A DNA stretch of 64,000 nucleotides from an uncultured Victivallis sp. (GCA_964540865.1 CAZION010000011.1:609-64608), one strand, 5' to 3'. Counted from the first letter of the stretch, positions 43,334 through 53,140 are shown. Translations and numbers: made by a program. The notes: generated by a model not told the origin, from the letters alone.

Positions 43334-44407
43334 ATGAGTATTAACATAAATAAAAACAGTTTTGAGCCTTCGTACCTGCAGCTCAAAAAAGAAATCATCA
43401 AGAATATTGATAATGGTGTTTTCGGGCATGGGACCCAGATCCCCTCAGTCCGTAAGCTTATTGACATAACCGGGCTTAGCCATGTAACTGTAGCCAGGGC
43501 TGTTTCTGAGCTTATATCTGAACGGATTCTCGAAAACCGTAAAGGCAATGGAACCTTTGTTTTAATGAAAATTGATAAAAGTATGAAAAGGGAAAAAATA
43601 GCAGTAATAAATGTTGATGAAAACAATAACATTGATCCATCTATAACTCCCGCAAAACATGAGATATTGTCTGGTATTGTGGATGCCGCCGAACAGAGCG
43701 GCGTTTCAATTGAAATGATAAGCTCGAAGGATTTCCTCGAAGAGAAATGGAGTGCAACCCCTGATGGTGCCATAATACTTCAGTCCGATGGTTTTACCGA
43801 AACTGTCAGGAACTGTGAGAAGAAAGGCATTCCACTCATAAAAATATTGAGATACTCGTCTTCTCCTCCAGGCAATTATGTCGATACGGATCACTATGCC
43901 GCGACTTATCTCTTGACTGAATATCTCTTAAAGTCCGGGCGCAGGAAGATAGCTTTTTGTCAGCATAAAGGTTTTTTTGATTTTACTGCTATGGAGCGTC
44001 TCAGGGCTTATCGCGACGCCCTTGCTGCCGCTGGTGTTAATTTTGATAACGACTTGATTCTTGAATCCAGCCAGACTTTTTCAAGCGGGTTTGAGATTAT
44101 GAAGAAACTGATAAACATGAAAGACCGTCCGTCGGCAGTACAATTCATCTGTGATGTCTCTGCTGCGGGCGCCATCAAGGCCGCCCTTGAAGGAAACATA
44201 AAAATACCGGAAGATATTTCAATCACAGGCTATATGGGGCTTGAACTCATGAAGACCAATTCACCCAGGATAACCACAGTAGCTCTGAAATTCAAGGAAA
44301 TAGGCAGAACCGCCGTCTTGAGCCTCAATGAAATCATCACACCGTTGTCCCAGATAAATTCTGTACGGAAGATCATAAGCCCGGAATTGATAATCGGTGA
44401 TACGTAA
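43334..44407 (+). CDS. GntR-type winged-helix regulator fused to a LacI/PBP-type sugar-binding domain
   Basis: IPSVRKLIDITGLSHVTVARAVSELISERILENRKGNGTFV HTH, with a C-terminal periplasmic-binding-protein-like fold (..KIAFCQHKG.., ..DISITGYMG..). Confidence 0.8.
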   Translation: MSININKNSFEPSYLQLKKEIIKNIDNGVFGHGTQIPSVRKLIDITGLSHVTVARAVSELISERILENRKGNGTFVLMKIDKSMKREKIAVINVDENNNIDPSITPAKHEILSGIVDAAEQSGVSIEMISSKDFLEEKWSATPDGAIILQSDGFTETVRNCEKKGIPLIKILRYSSSPPGNYVDTDHYAATYLLTEYLLKSGRRKIAFCQHKGFFDFTAMERLRAYRDALAAAGVNFDNDLILESSQTFSSGFEIMKKLINMKDRPSAVQFICDVSAAGAIKAALEGNIKIPEDISITGYMGLELMKTNSPRITTVALKFKEIGRTAVLSLNEIITPLSQINSVRKIISPELIIGDT

Positions 44408-44429
44408 TGCCTTGTATATCGGTGAATTG

Positions 44430-45011
44430 TCATTTTATTCTTACAGGCATATGGACTTCGTAGTGTTTAAGAAACCAGAGCCTGAACGGTGAATTCCAAA
44501 AGACGGCATATGGTTCACCGGTCGACTCGTATTCCGGATGTTCCTTGAGCCATATGACAAGTTTCTTTCTTGCATCCTCGATGTTTCCTTCTGAATATGA
44601 ACCCCGGCCTCCTGATGCGACTACTGTTCTCTCTGGTATTTTTACGACTTTTACTGAATCCGTGTCTTTAAATGGTTCATTTTTTTTAGTAGCGGTTACA
44701 TAGAATCTCATCTCTGCATCTTTTATGCCGGACTCGACAGGGATGGTCATGGGTATTTTATTGTCCCTGATGTAATTGAATAGTTTTATGAAAAGATTGT
44801 TTGCCTTGTCGTAATATTTGCCTTTTTCCGAAGTCTGTAGAACCGTAGATTCAGGGATATTCTTGACTTCAATGTTGCCGGCATCAGTCATCTTGTACGC
44901 GCTTTCATAATTTGACATAACGCTGCATCCTATAAATGTTGTTATAATTGACAGGGTGAAAATGACCGCTAGGCACTTTCGGCGATAGTCCTTACGCACG
45001 ATATTATCCAT
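44430..45011 (-). CDS. SOUL heme-binding-family lipoprotein
   Basis: ATG 45011 gives MDNIVRKDYRRKCLAVIFTLSIITTFIGCS (lipobox). YESAYKM.., ..IPMTIPV.. and ..YAVFWNSPF.. are SOUL-like motifs. The track ORF extends to 45065. Confidence 0.6.
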   Translation of the reverse strand: MDNIVRKDYRRKCLAVIFTLSIITTFIGCSVMSNYESAYKMTDAGNIEVKNIPESTVLQTSEKGKYYDKANNLFIKLFNYIRDNKIPMTIPVESGIKDAEMRFYVTATKKNEPFKDTDSVKVVKIPERTVVASGGRGSYSEGNIEDARKKLVIWLKEHPEYESTGEPYAVFWNSPFRLWFLKHYEVHMPVRIK

Positions 45012-45326
45012 TGATAATTGCCCGCAGTTCTTTCCTTTCCCTGAAAATTCTTCTTTATACCCCATGTATACCTGCCTCTCTCCATGTTTTTCCAGTGGAA
45101 CCTATCATCTCGACACTGAAATACAAAAAAGTCCTGCTTATTTTTTCCGGACTTGCGGGCAAACTTGGAATTATCCCGACTCTTGAATGCTGGCTATAAA
45201 CTGTCCGGGCGGTTGATTGAAGCACGGACAACTGGTTTGCCTTTCCATGATATTTCTCTTGATTTTCAAGACAGGGCGGTCTATCTTCGATGGCTATGAC
45301 TAATCAGTGGAGAAAGGCCGATTACT

Positions 45327-45749
45327 ATGGATCTTAATACTATACGCGATGGTGCGGTGGCGCTGGGCATAGAGAGTTTCCGCAACTCAACAGGACGCGA
45401 TGAACTGCCCGGTCAGTTCGCGATCATGCTGAAGCACGCGCCTTGGATCTTCGGCGGCTATGCCTTGATGCGCGCCGAACTGATGCGGGAGAAAGCTGAG
45501 GGCGGCGCATTGGACATCAAAACCAAATCGATGATATTTGTTCTGCTCTGCATCATGGCCGACGACAGTGCGAATGCGAAGCTGCATCTTGAGAACGCGG
45601 TGAATGACGGTATGACGATGCCTGAATTCGCGGAGGCACTGACCCAGGTGCTGATGGTCGGCGGCATCAGCCGCTGGAACAATGGATGCGCCGGACTACT
45701 TGAGGAAGCCGAGCGTCTCATGTCGGCACGCGAACAGGCGAAATCCTGA
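45327..45749 (+). CDS. Carboxymuconolactone decarboxylase (AhpD-like) family protein
   Basis: 140 aa all-helical protein with ..KHAPWIFGGYALMRAEL.. and ..MTMPEFAEALTQVLMVGG.., typical of the CMD family. Confidence 0.55.
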   Translation: MDLNTIRDGAVALGIESFRNSTGRDELPGQFAIMLKHAPWIFGGYALMRAELMREKAEGGALDIKTKSMIFVLLCIMADDSANAKLHLENAVNDGMTMPEFAEALTQVLMVGGISRWNNGCAGLLEEAERLMSAREQAKS

Positions 45750-45788
45750 TTATATTGATTTTTTTAATAATAAAACAAGGCGGACTGC

Positions 45789-47021
45789 ATGAAGACAATC
45801 ATCAAAAACGGGCAGGTGCTGAATGTGCACTCTGGACGGTTCGAGAAAAAGAATATTGTAACCAGCCACGGTAAAATAATTGCTCTGAGCGAATCGGCTG
45901 TCAATATTGAAAAAGGGGATAGCGTTATTGACGCGGAGGGGAAATTCATCATTCCCGGACTTATTGACGCGCATGTGCATGTCACGTCAGCGACGGTAGA
46001 TCTGGCAATGCCGCAGCTTCCCGTAACTTATACCACATGTTGTGCGGCAAAGAATCTAGAAAATGCGCTTCAAAGGGGATTTACCACGATGCGGGATGTG
46101 GGCGGAGCCGATTTCGGACTTTCAATGGCAGTAGACGAAGATATCATACCAGGTTCAAGGCTGTTCTACTGCGGTAGGGCATTGAGCCAGACCGGCGGGC
46201 ATGGCGATTTCAGGGCCAGTACCTATGATGGTGACTATGGAGCACCGATGCAATCGTCCGCGACGACCATCGGACAAGTGGCGGACGGTGTCGCCGAGGT
46301 GAGAAGGGCATGCAGATCGGAGCTTCGAAAGGGCGCGTCATTCATAAAGATTATGGCGGCAGGAGGGGTGGCGTCGCCAGGAGATAATATTAATGACACC
46401 CAGTACAGCGGCGAGGAGCTTGCGGCAATTTCAGAGGAGGCGGGCGCGAGAAACACATATGTCGCCGCCCATGTATATTCATCGAAGTCCATGCAGATTT
46501 GTCTGAAACATGGAGTCAGGACCATAGAGCATGGTAATTTGCTGGACGACGTGACCGCAGTCATGATGAAAGAGAAAAACGCCTATTTGATACCTACGGT
46601 CATCACCTATGACGCGTTGTCCAGGCGGGGAGCTGAATTTAAATTCCCCGCAGAGAGCCTCGCTAAGCTGGCATCTGTGAGGGGGCAGGCGCTTGAAGCG
46701 ATTAAGATTGCGAGAAAAAACGGGGTTAAGGTAGGGTTCGGGACCGATTTGCTGGGGCCTCTGTGGGAAGAGCAATCCAATGAATTTTCTTTGCGCTCCG
46801 CCGTTGAGAGGCCGATAGACACCATTCTCTCGGCTACTAAAATCAATGCGGAAGTACTGAATCGGACCGGAAAGCTCGGTGAGATATCCGCAGATGCCTG
46901 TGCGGATATTTTAATTCTTGATAAAAATCCTCTTGAGGACATTTCTTCGCTTGTGGACAGCAGCAGCATAAGAATGGTAATGAAAACAGGCAAAGTCTAT
47001 AAAAACACCCTGTGTTCGTGA
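45789..47021 (+). CDS. Metal-dependent amidohydrolase
   Basis: FIIPGLIDAHVHV metal-binding motif, ..KIMAAGGV.., ..AAHVYS.. and ..TIEHGN.. follow the usual amidohydrolase spacing. Confidence 0.85.
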   Translation: MKTIIKNGQVLNVHSGRFEKKNIVTSHGKIIALSESAVNIEKGDSVIDAEGKFIIPGLIDAHVHVTSATVDLAMPQLPVTYTTCCAAKNLENALQRGFTTMRDVGGADFGLSMAVDEDIIPGSRLFYCGRALSQTGGHGDFRASTYDGDYGAPMQSSATTIGQVADGVAEVRRACRSELRKGASFIKIMAAGGVASPGDNINDTQYSGEELAAISEEAGARNTYVAAHVYSSKSMQICLKHGVRTIEHGNLLDDVTAVMMKEKNAYLIPTVITYDALSRRGAEFKFPAESLAKLASVRGQALEAIKIARKNGVKVGFGTDLLGPLWEEQSNEFSLRSAVERPIDTILSATKINAEVLNRTGKLGEISADACADILILDKNPLEDISSLVDSSSIRMVMKTGKVYKNTLCS

Positions 47022-47034
47022 TCGTGGGTATGCT

Positions 47035-48273
47035 ATGAGTGAGATGGATAGCGACGAAGATGTAAGGTTTTCAGAAGCCTGCAGGTTTGTCATAAAATTA
47101 GGGACGCTGGCGCACGGATACGGGCCTCAGGCACGGCGGCTTGAGTCCTACATCTCCCGGGTTACAAAAGCCCTGGGTTATGAAGGAACATTTTCTTCCA
47201 CTCCGGGCAGTATTTCTTTCGCTTTTAGAAAGAGTGGTGAATTATGGCACAGGACCCACATTGTCTCCGTGTCCGGTTCAAGTTTCAATCTGGCAAAACT
47301 TGCAAAAGTAGGAGAGCTTGTCGCCGCAGTTGAAGAGGGGAAGGTCGATATCGCGGAAGCAATTGGCGTTCTGGATGAAATAGACGCGATGTCGCCGCCC
47401 TACGGGAAGGTCATGGTGGCGGCAGGATACCTATTGTGCGGAGCCGGGTTTGCGGGCTTTCTGCAAGGCTCCCTGGCGGATATAATCTTATCAGCCGTTC
47501 TCAGCATAGTGGTGTTTTTTATCGTGGATCTTACCGCACGCTCATCGGAGAGGCTTGCACAATGGGTTCCCTTCCTGTGCGCATTTGTCGCAGGGGCGCT
47601 ATCGACGGCGATAAGCTTTGTGCTGCCGGAAATACAGTCTTACCTGATTACGTTGTCCGCGATTATTTTTCTGATACCTGGATTTTCAATCAGCGTAGGA
47701 GTTATAGAGCTTACCACGAACCATGTTGTTTCCGGAATCACTAATCTGATAAATGGTTTGACCTGCCTGCTTCTGCTGTTTGCGGGAGCCTGGCTGGGAA
47801 TCCGCCTGATCCGGCTGCTTGTGCCGATCCATAGTGTACAGGATGTCCCTGTCAGTTCCGACCTGGTATGGATCTTCGCCATGCTGCTTGCCGCAGGACT
47901 TTGTATTGTTTTTCAAACGACTGTCCGGGATCTTCCATGGGCGCTGGCGGCCTGTGCTGTCGCCTGTATGGGAATTGCGCTGGGGGAACGTATTCAGGGA
48001 GCCGATTTCGGAAACTTTCTGGGGACCGCGTCTGCAATAATATTCGCGAACATCTGGTCAGACAAAACCAATCGGCCCACATCAATTGTTCTTCTTCCTG
48101 CCGTGGTTTTCATGGTCAGCGGAAGCATAGGCTTCAGAGGGCTGGTAGCCATGTCATCCGGCAATACCGTGTTGGGACTGCATGAATTTTTTCATATGTT
48201 TGTCGTTGCATTGACTATAGCTGCCGGGCTGGTGGTCGGCAATTCCATTTATAGACCCAAAATATTGCTGTAG
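47035..48273 (+). CDS. Threonine/serine exporter (ThrE) family membrane protein
   Basis: N-terminal regulatory region ..GTLAHGYGPQARRLESYISRVTKALGY.. followed by about 10 hydrophobic helices. Confidence 0.75.
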   Translation: MSEMDSDEDVRFSEACRFVIKLGTLAHGYGPQARRLESYISRVTKALGYEGTFSSTPGSISFAFRKSGELWHRTHIVSVSGSSFNLAKLAKVGELVAAVEEGKVDIAEAIGVLDEIDAMSPPYGKVMVAAGYLLCGAGFAGFLQGSLADIILSAVLSIVVFFIVDLTARSSERLAQWVPFLCAFVAGALSTAISFVLPEIQSYLITLSAIIFLIPGFSISVGVIELTTNHVVSGITNLINGLTCLLLLFAGAWLGIRLIRLLVPIHSVQDVPVSSDLVWIFAMLLAAGLCIVFQTTVRDLPWALAACAVACMGIALGERIQGADFGNFLGTASAIIFANIWSDKTNRPTSIVLLPAVVFMVSGSIGFRGLVAMSSGNTVLGLHEFFHMFVVALTIAAGLVVGNSIYRPKILL

Positions 48274-48647
48274 AAGAATCTTCCCGGGCGGTCAATAATC
48301 CAGAAATAGCAGTTGAAATTTCATGAGGAACGCAGAAGCAGGAGCATCTGTGTGTAAAAATGTGAAAATTGTGACCCCAAGTCTACGGTTTTCCCTTACT
48401 AAATGGAGTTGACTGCCGACCTCCTTCACTTCTCCGTCTGAAACGCTATCGTCGCCAGGCCAATCTTGTTGTCAATTATAATGTTGTGGAATTCTGTATT
48501 TCTCCAGCCTTTATGGAATGATTTTGGAAGTTGGACAGTGATTTGGCTGAGGCCTGATATGGAATCCATTGGGGACAGCTTGCTTTTGCTGTCCTTATAT
48601 TTCAGCGCAAGATTTGAATTTTATAATTCGAATTTGTTTCTTTTCGA

Positions 48648-49514
48648 CTACGGGCTATTTCTGAATTCCTTCCTGAAGGTCTTTGGGGGAAGTTTGTAGT
48701 GTTTTTTGAAGAGCCGGGAAAAATAAAACTCGTCAGGTATGCCGCATTTTTCCGCGATCGCGCTGATTTGGTCGTTGGAATGCAACAGCAACAATGCTGC
48801 ATTTTGCAGGCGACATTTAATCAAGTGACTACCTGGAGCCCTTCCGGTATATTGCCGGAAAATTCGTCGAAAATGCGGATAGGATATGCCGAGAGATGAA
48901 GCCTCTTTGAAGAAATTCCATTCCAATTGGGGATTTTTCGCCAGTGCATTCTCCAGTTGTTTCAATCCAGGCACAAGATGACTGTTTATTTCCGGCTTGT
49001 CTGTTGGTTGTTCATGCAGCTGGAGCATTAAGTCTTCCAGCAGCAGAACTGCACGGTCATAATTCTGCGGCGGATTGTGCCTGATGTTTGCAATCAGTTC
49101 GCGGAACGTTTGTAGGAAGCGTTCTGAATTCACTATCTTGATCAGCGGCTCCTTGCGGTTGAGCTCCATTAGCCCTTTAAGGATGAACTTGTCTGTCAGA
49201 GGCCCTTTGAAACATGCAAAAATATGATGCCTGGTTTTCCCGGAAGGGGCGCCATAGTAGAATTTCTGGAGTGGTTTGCTTATGAAAGCATATGGGCCGT
49301 CGACATGTTGGAGAGGACTGTCCCCTGTTTCAAAATCCATTGGACCGCTATGGTTATATTGAATCCCGTAGTAGCCATCGAAAAAACGGGACTGTACACC
49401 TGCGTATTGTGGATGGTCGCCATAGCCGATGAAACTTATTCCTTTAAAATAATCCATAATCAGATAGTCCATTATTTTGCTCAAAATATCTATTTTAAGA
49501 CTGAATATATGCAT
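48648..49514 (-). CDS. AraC-family transcriptional regulator
   Basis: C-terminal double HTH ..ASSLGISYPHFRRIFRQYTGRAPGSHLIKCRLQNAALLL..IAEKCGIPDEFYFSRLFKKHYKLPP. Confidence 0.85.
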   Translation of the reverse strand: MHIFSLKIDILSKIMDYLIMDYFKGISFIGYGDHPQYAGVQSRFFDGYYGIQYNHSGPMDFETGDSPLQHVDGPYAFISKPLQKFYYGAPSGKTRHHIFACFKGPLTDKFILKGLMELNRKEPLIKIVNSERFLQTFRELIANIRHNPPQNYDRAVLLLEDLMLQLHEQPTDKPEINSHLVPGLKQLENALAKNPQLEWNFFKEASSLGISYPHFRRIFRQYTGRAPGSHLIKCRLQNAALLLLHSNDQISAIAEKCGIPDEFYFSRLFKKHYKLPPKTFRKEFRNSP

Positions 49515-49560
49515 TTATAATATAATCATATAATCCATTGAGTCAAAATCCGGAGGGAAT

Positions 49561-50325
49561 ATGATGAAGTTTGGAGTTGCTGATTACGGGATGAATGTGT
49601 GGTATGGGGGACTTTATGACATTGAGGAACGCCTGCTGGACCTGAAGAAGCTGGGATACGCCGGAACAGAGCGGCTTGAAGCGGTTAGTCCTTCAGACGC
49701 CCTGCAAAAGGCGGCGCTTTACCGCAAGCTGGGAATGGATTTCAGCACCTGCCGTGGACCGAACGTTCAAGCCTCAACCGAGTGGACAGCAGGATTGGGT
49801 AAGAACTATGTATGGCTTTCTCCAGGACAGAATGACCGCACGGTTGATTTCAACGTGTTCTGCCGCCGCAGCAACTTCATGTCCAAGGCGTGCAGTCGCT
49901 GGGGGGTTACCGCAGCCATTCACAACCACATGGGGCAGCGTATTGAAAATCAGAAAGAGCTGGAAGATTTCCTGAAGGCCTGCCCTGATGCCGGTATCGT
50001 ATTTGATACAGGGCATCTCAGTATGGCCGGAGGAGACCCGGTTGAAATAGTCAAGAAATATCATAAACGTATTTCGGTAATGCATCTTAAAGACGTGTTT
50101 CTTACTGGCGCTACCCGCCTGGACGGCATAAAGGAATACCGCTTCTGCGAACTCGGCGCCGGCAACAACGGATTCAGTAATGCAGGAGTAATTGAAATGC
50201 TTCAGAAGGTAGGATGGAACGGATGGATTCATATTGAACATGACACGCATTTACGCGATCCTCTACAGGATCTTGAAACAAGTCTGAAATTCATTAAGAA
50301 TATAATTGGGAAGGGAGATAAGTAA
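49561..50325 (+). CDS. Sugar phosphate isomerase/epimerase (xylose isomerase-like TIM barrel)
   Basis: ..GYAGTE.., ..AIHNHMGQ.., ..FDTGHLSMAG.., ..HLKD.. and ..WIHIEHD.. are metal-ligand motifs of the AP_endonuc_2 fold. Confidence 0.8.
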   Translation: MMKFGVADYGMNVWYGGLYDIEERLLDLKKLGYAGTERLEAVSPSDALQKAALYRKLGMDFSTCRGPNVQASTEWTAGLGKNYVWLSPGQNDRTVDFNVFCRRSNFMSKACSRWGVTAAIHNHMGQRIENQKELEDFLKACPDAGIVFDTGHLSMAGGDPVEIVKKYHKRISVMHLKDVFLTGATRLDGIKEYRFCELGAGNNGFSNAGVIEMLQKVGWNGWIHIEHDTHLRDPLQDLETSLKFIKNIIGKGDK

Positions 50326-51380
50326 TGAAAAAGATCAAAGTCGGAATATGGGGGCTTGGCCGGGCCGGTTCTGGAATGCATATCCCTGAAATTGCAAAAT
50401 TTCCAGATCTGTTTTCGATCGTCGCCGGTTGTGACAACGACAAAGAGCGCATTCCCTCGGCAAAAGAAAAACTTCCCTCAGGTCGCTTTTACGGCAAGTC
50501 TGAGGAGTTCCTGGATGATCCGGAAGTGGAATTGGTTTCGATAGCCACGCGTTCGCCGGATCATACAGCGCATGCCCTCAAGGCGCTTGCCGCCGGGAAA
50601 TATGTATTTCTGGAAAAACCGATAGCCCTGACTTATGCCGACGCTAAAAAACTGAAAAAGGCCTCCGAGAAATATCCAGGCAAACTGTATCTGCGGCACA
50701 ACCGACGGTACGAGCCTCCGTTTAACCACATTCGGGAAATAATTGCAAGCGGAGTCCTAGGCGACGTCTATGAAGTCAAACTGCACCGTCACGGGTATCA
50801 GCGCAGGAATGACTGGCAGACAATCATAGGCTGCGGAGGAGGACAGCTTAACAACTGGGGGCCGCACATCATTGACCACGCTTTGCGTTTCCTGGAATCG
50901 CCGGTTGCAAATATATGGAGCGAGCTGAAAAAGATTGCTGCTGCGGGCGACGCTGAAGATCATCTGAAAATTATACTAACCGGAGAGAACGGACGGATTA
51001 TAGATCTTGAAATCAGTGGCGGCACCGCGATTTCTCAGCCTGAATACATAATCTTCGGAAGCAAGGGCGCACTTGTTTGCCAGGGTAATTCGATCACCAT
51101 GAAATATATTGACCCAAAACAGAAGCTTCTGAAAATTAAAGCATATCCCTGCAACCCGCCTCTGAGCGGTGGATTCGGCAATGCCGAAGTTCTTAAATGG
51201 GTCGAAAAGACGATCCCGGTAGCGCCCAAGGCAGCCTGCGATGTCCATCATATATGGAAAGGCCTCTATAATGCGATCCGTAAAGGCAAACCGTATCCGA
51301 TTACTATTGACGAGGGGGTCGAAGTGGTCAGAGTCGCCGAACTGGCGAGAAGGGGAACTGCATTTGCCGCCAAAAGCTGA
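50325..51380 (+). CDS. Gfo/Idh/MocA family oxidoreductase
   Basis: KVGIWGLGRAGSGMHIPE Rossmann N-terminus and LEKPIALT. The start overlaps the stop of the preceding gene (TAATG). Confidence 0.85.
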   Translation: MKKIKVGIWGLGRAGSGMHIPEIAKFPDLFSIVAGCDNDKERIPSAKEKLPSGRFYGKSEEFLDDPEVELVSIATRSPDHTAHALKALAAGKYVFLEKPIALTYADAKKLKKASEKYPGKLYLRHNRRYEPPFNHIREIIASGVLGDVYEVKLHRHGYQRRNDWQTIIGCGGGQLNNWGPHIIDHALRFLESPVANIWSELKKIAAAGDAEDHLKIILTGENGRIIDLEISGGTAISQPEYIIFGSKGALVCQGNSITMKYIDPKQKLLKIKAYPCNPPLSGGFGNAEVLKWVEKTIPVAPKAACDVHHIWKGLYNAIRKGKPYPITIDEGVEVVRVAELARRGTAFAAKS

Positions 51381-51388
51381 AGAGATAT

Positions 51389-52072
51389 TTAACGCTTGCT
51401 GACTGCCGGTTCCTGCGCTATTTCGGCCGGATGCGAGAAAAACAGGATTTCTGAATTTTCGAAGGCACCCTTGTGTTGTTTGAAGCCTTCTTTAAGTGTT
51501 GTGTTATTATAGTTTTTCTGGCCCGCCTGAATTATATCGGGTCCGTACGAAAAAATAAGGGATTCTGATTTTTCGCTTGGTCTGACAATAACTATATGTC
51601 CGGGTTTTTCAGTATCCGGATTCTTCCATACCGCCACTACTATGTTTCCCTGGTTTGCGAAATCCTGAGCCTCAGTGGGAAGGAAAACCTGTGTCCACTC
51701 CTTTGAGGGGCCGACCTCCAGAAGCCAGATGTACTGCGCATTTGAAAGCATAACCGCTGAATGTTCAGGGGGCCTTAGGATATATACGCCAACTCTTTCA
51801 CATGCGGATGCAACAAATGAACTGCAATGTGAATTCGTTTTCTTATCGGAACCCGGCTGTTTAGTATCTTTTTCCTTTGCGGGACAGTTTTTGACATCGC
51901 CTGTCTGCCAGTCGATATTTTCAACGGAAGACAACCATTTCTTGTCAACATGCATACCATCAAGAACCTTGGAAAGTGCGGCCCCTTTCTCAGTTATTGT
52001 TGTCTGTCCAAGCGTGTACAGGCTTTGCAGAAATACAAATGATGCCAGCAGTATGATTTTTATTTTTGACAT
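51389..52072 (-). CDS. Secreted CHAP/NlpC-P60-like putative cysteine hydrolase
   Basis: Signal peptide MSKIKIILLASFVFLQSLYTLGQ. Candidate nucleophile motif NSHCSSFVASACERVG and His motif PGHIVIVRP. Confidence 0.45.
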   Translation of the reverse strand: MSKIKIILLASFVFLQSLYTLGQTTITEKGAALSKVLDGMHVDKKWLSSVENIDWQTGDVKNCPAKEKDTKQPGSDKKTNSHCSSFVASACERVGVYILRPPEHSAVMLSNAQYIWLLEVGPSKEWTQVFLPTEAQDFANQGNIVVAVWKNPDTEKPGHIVIVRPSEKSESLIFSYGPDIIQAGQKNYNNTTLKEGFKQHKGAFENSEILFFSHPAEIAQEPAVSKR

Positions 52073-52073
52073 T

Positions 52074-52880
52074 CTAAATTTTGTTTCGAACTGTTGTTAT
52101 GACCTCGGCAAGCCTTTCCCTTTCCCGTATGAAATGCGCCGCCGAGGATATTTTCGGACAGAAGATGACAGGGCCACCGTATGATATGCTTTTTAGAACC
52201 GTGAACCACGCCTCTAGGATTTTGTCCACTATAAGGTTGCCCGCTTCGGGTTCGTAAACGAAACGTACAATGTTCATATCGAACCTGTACCATCTGATGA
52301 GTTCCTCCAGGGAGCGGTTCTTCAATGGATCATGAGGATAAATATCTGCTGAAAAGCGTATTCCTTCGTACATGGTGTCCTCTAGGAATGAAAAATAGGC
52401 TTCAGCTGTTGCCGGGGGCACCATCGGGATCCTGGCCGGCAGGCATAGGCAAACCTTTTCCGCATAGAGGACCGGGACAGCCTGCTTTATGAAGTTAATT
52501 ATGAAATCCCTCCTTTTCCGATGCTCTAATGCAAGTTCTATGCCAAAATCAATCGATACGTTTGGACATGGATAAGAGGACACTTTTTTTAGAGTCATGG
52601 AAAACTGCTTTTGAATTTTCTCCATGATGTTCGGCGTCTGCCCGTAGATGGCTCTTGTTATGGACTGGGGCAGCGGATCCCTGACATTGAATATTCCCAT
52701 GCCGATCGATTTGAACTCGTTTGATATGTTTTTGCAGTCAAGAAAGTCTCCAGGGATCTCGACTCCGGAGAAAATCTTCTGGTTTATGTTGCCCAGCGTT
52801 GACTCCCAGTCTGCAGGTCCGCAGGCGTAGCTTATGCCAATCTTGTTTTTGAAGTTGTTGTTTGCCGGAGTTTTAATCAT
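52074..52880 (-). CDS. Hypothetical cytoplasmic protein (possibly TIM-barrel-like)
   Basis: 268-aa ATG ORF ending 1 nt before the next gene's start. No family confidently recognised. Confidence 0.5.
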   Translation of the reverse strand: MIKTPANNNFKNKIGISYACGPADWESTLGNINQKIFSGVEIPGDFLDCKNISNEFKSIGMGIFNVRDPLPQSITRAIYGQTPNIMEKIQKQFSMTLKKVSSYPCPNVSIDFGIELALEHRKRRDFIINFIKQAVPVLYAEKVCLCLPARIPMVPPATAEAYFSFLEDTMYEGIRFSADIYPHDPLKNRSLEELIRWYRFDMNIVRFVYEPEAGNLIVDKILEAWFTVLKSISYGGPVIFCPKISSAAHFIRERERLAEVITTVRNKI

Positions 52881-53006
52881 GTTTCCCTGTTACTTTTTTC
52901 TGAAAAACAAACTTTGTTTTTCAGGAAAAAGTTATTTGAACGTTAAGAAATTTCAATTCTACAATTGTGCCTTTGTGTCTGTCCTCCTTGTTTGCATGGC
53001 AAAACC

Positions 53007-53086
53007 GAATGCCGCTAAGTTAAGGCGCATTTAAAGTAGCGCGGGTCTATCTGACCCGCGAACCTCGGGTCATCCGCCTAGGCGGA
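53007..53086. repeat. REP-type composite; reference copy without the nested insertion
   Basis: GAATGCCGCTAAGTT at 53007-53021, AGTAGCGCGGGTCTATCTGACCCGCG at 53035-53060 and the TCCGCCTAGGCGGA palindrome at 53073-53086. Confidence 0.8.
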
Positions 53087-53140
53087 CGAGTTACTTCGGC
53101 GGAAAATATTAAGTAAGCGCCATTCGTGGTAAATCCCGGA

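Noticed and set aside
48360-48600. Minus-strand open stretch (..LSQITVQLPKSFHKGWRNTEFHNIIIDNKIGLATIAFQTEK) in the gap after the ThrE-family gene, considered as a toxin or gene remnant; also the GGACAGC..GCTGTCC hairpin at 48573-48593
   Set aside because: There is no start codon, no recognisable family and it is not in the ORF track. The hairpin lacks a convincing U-tract on either strand.
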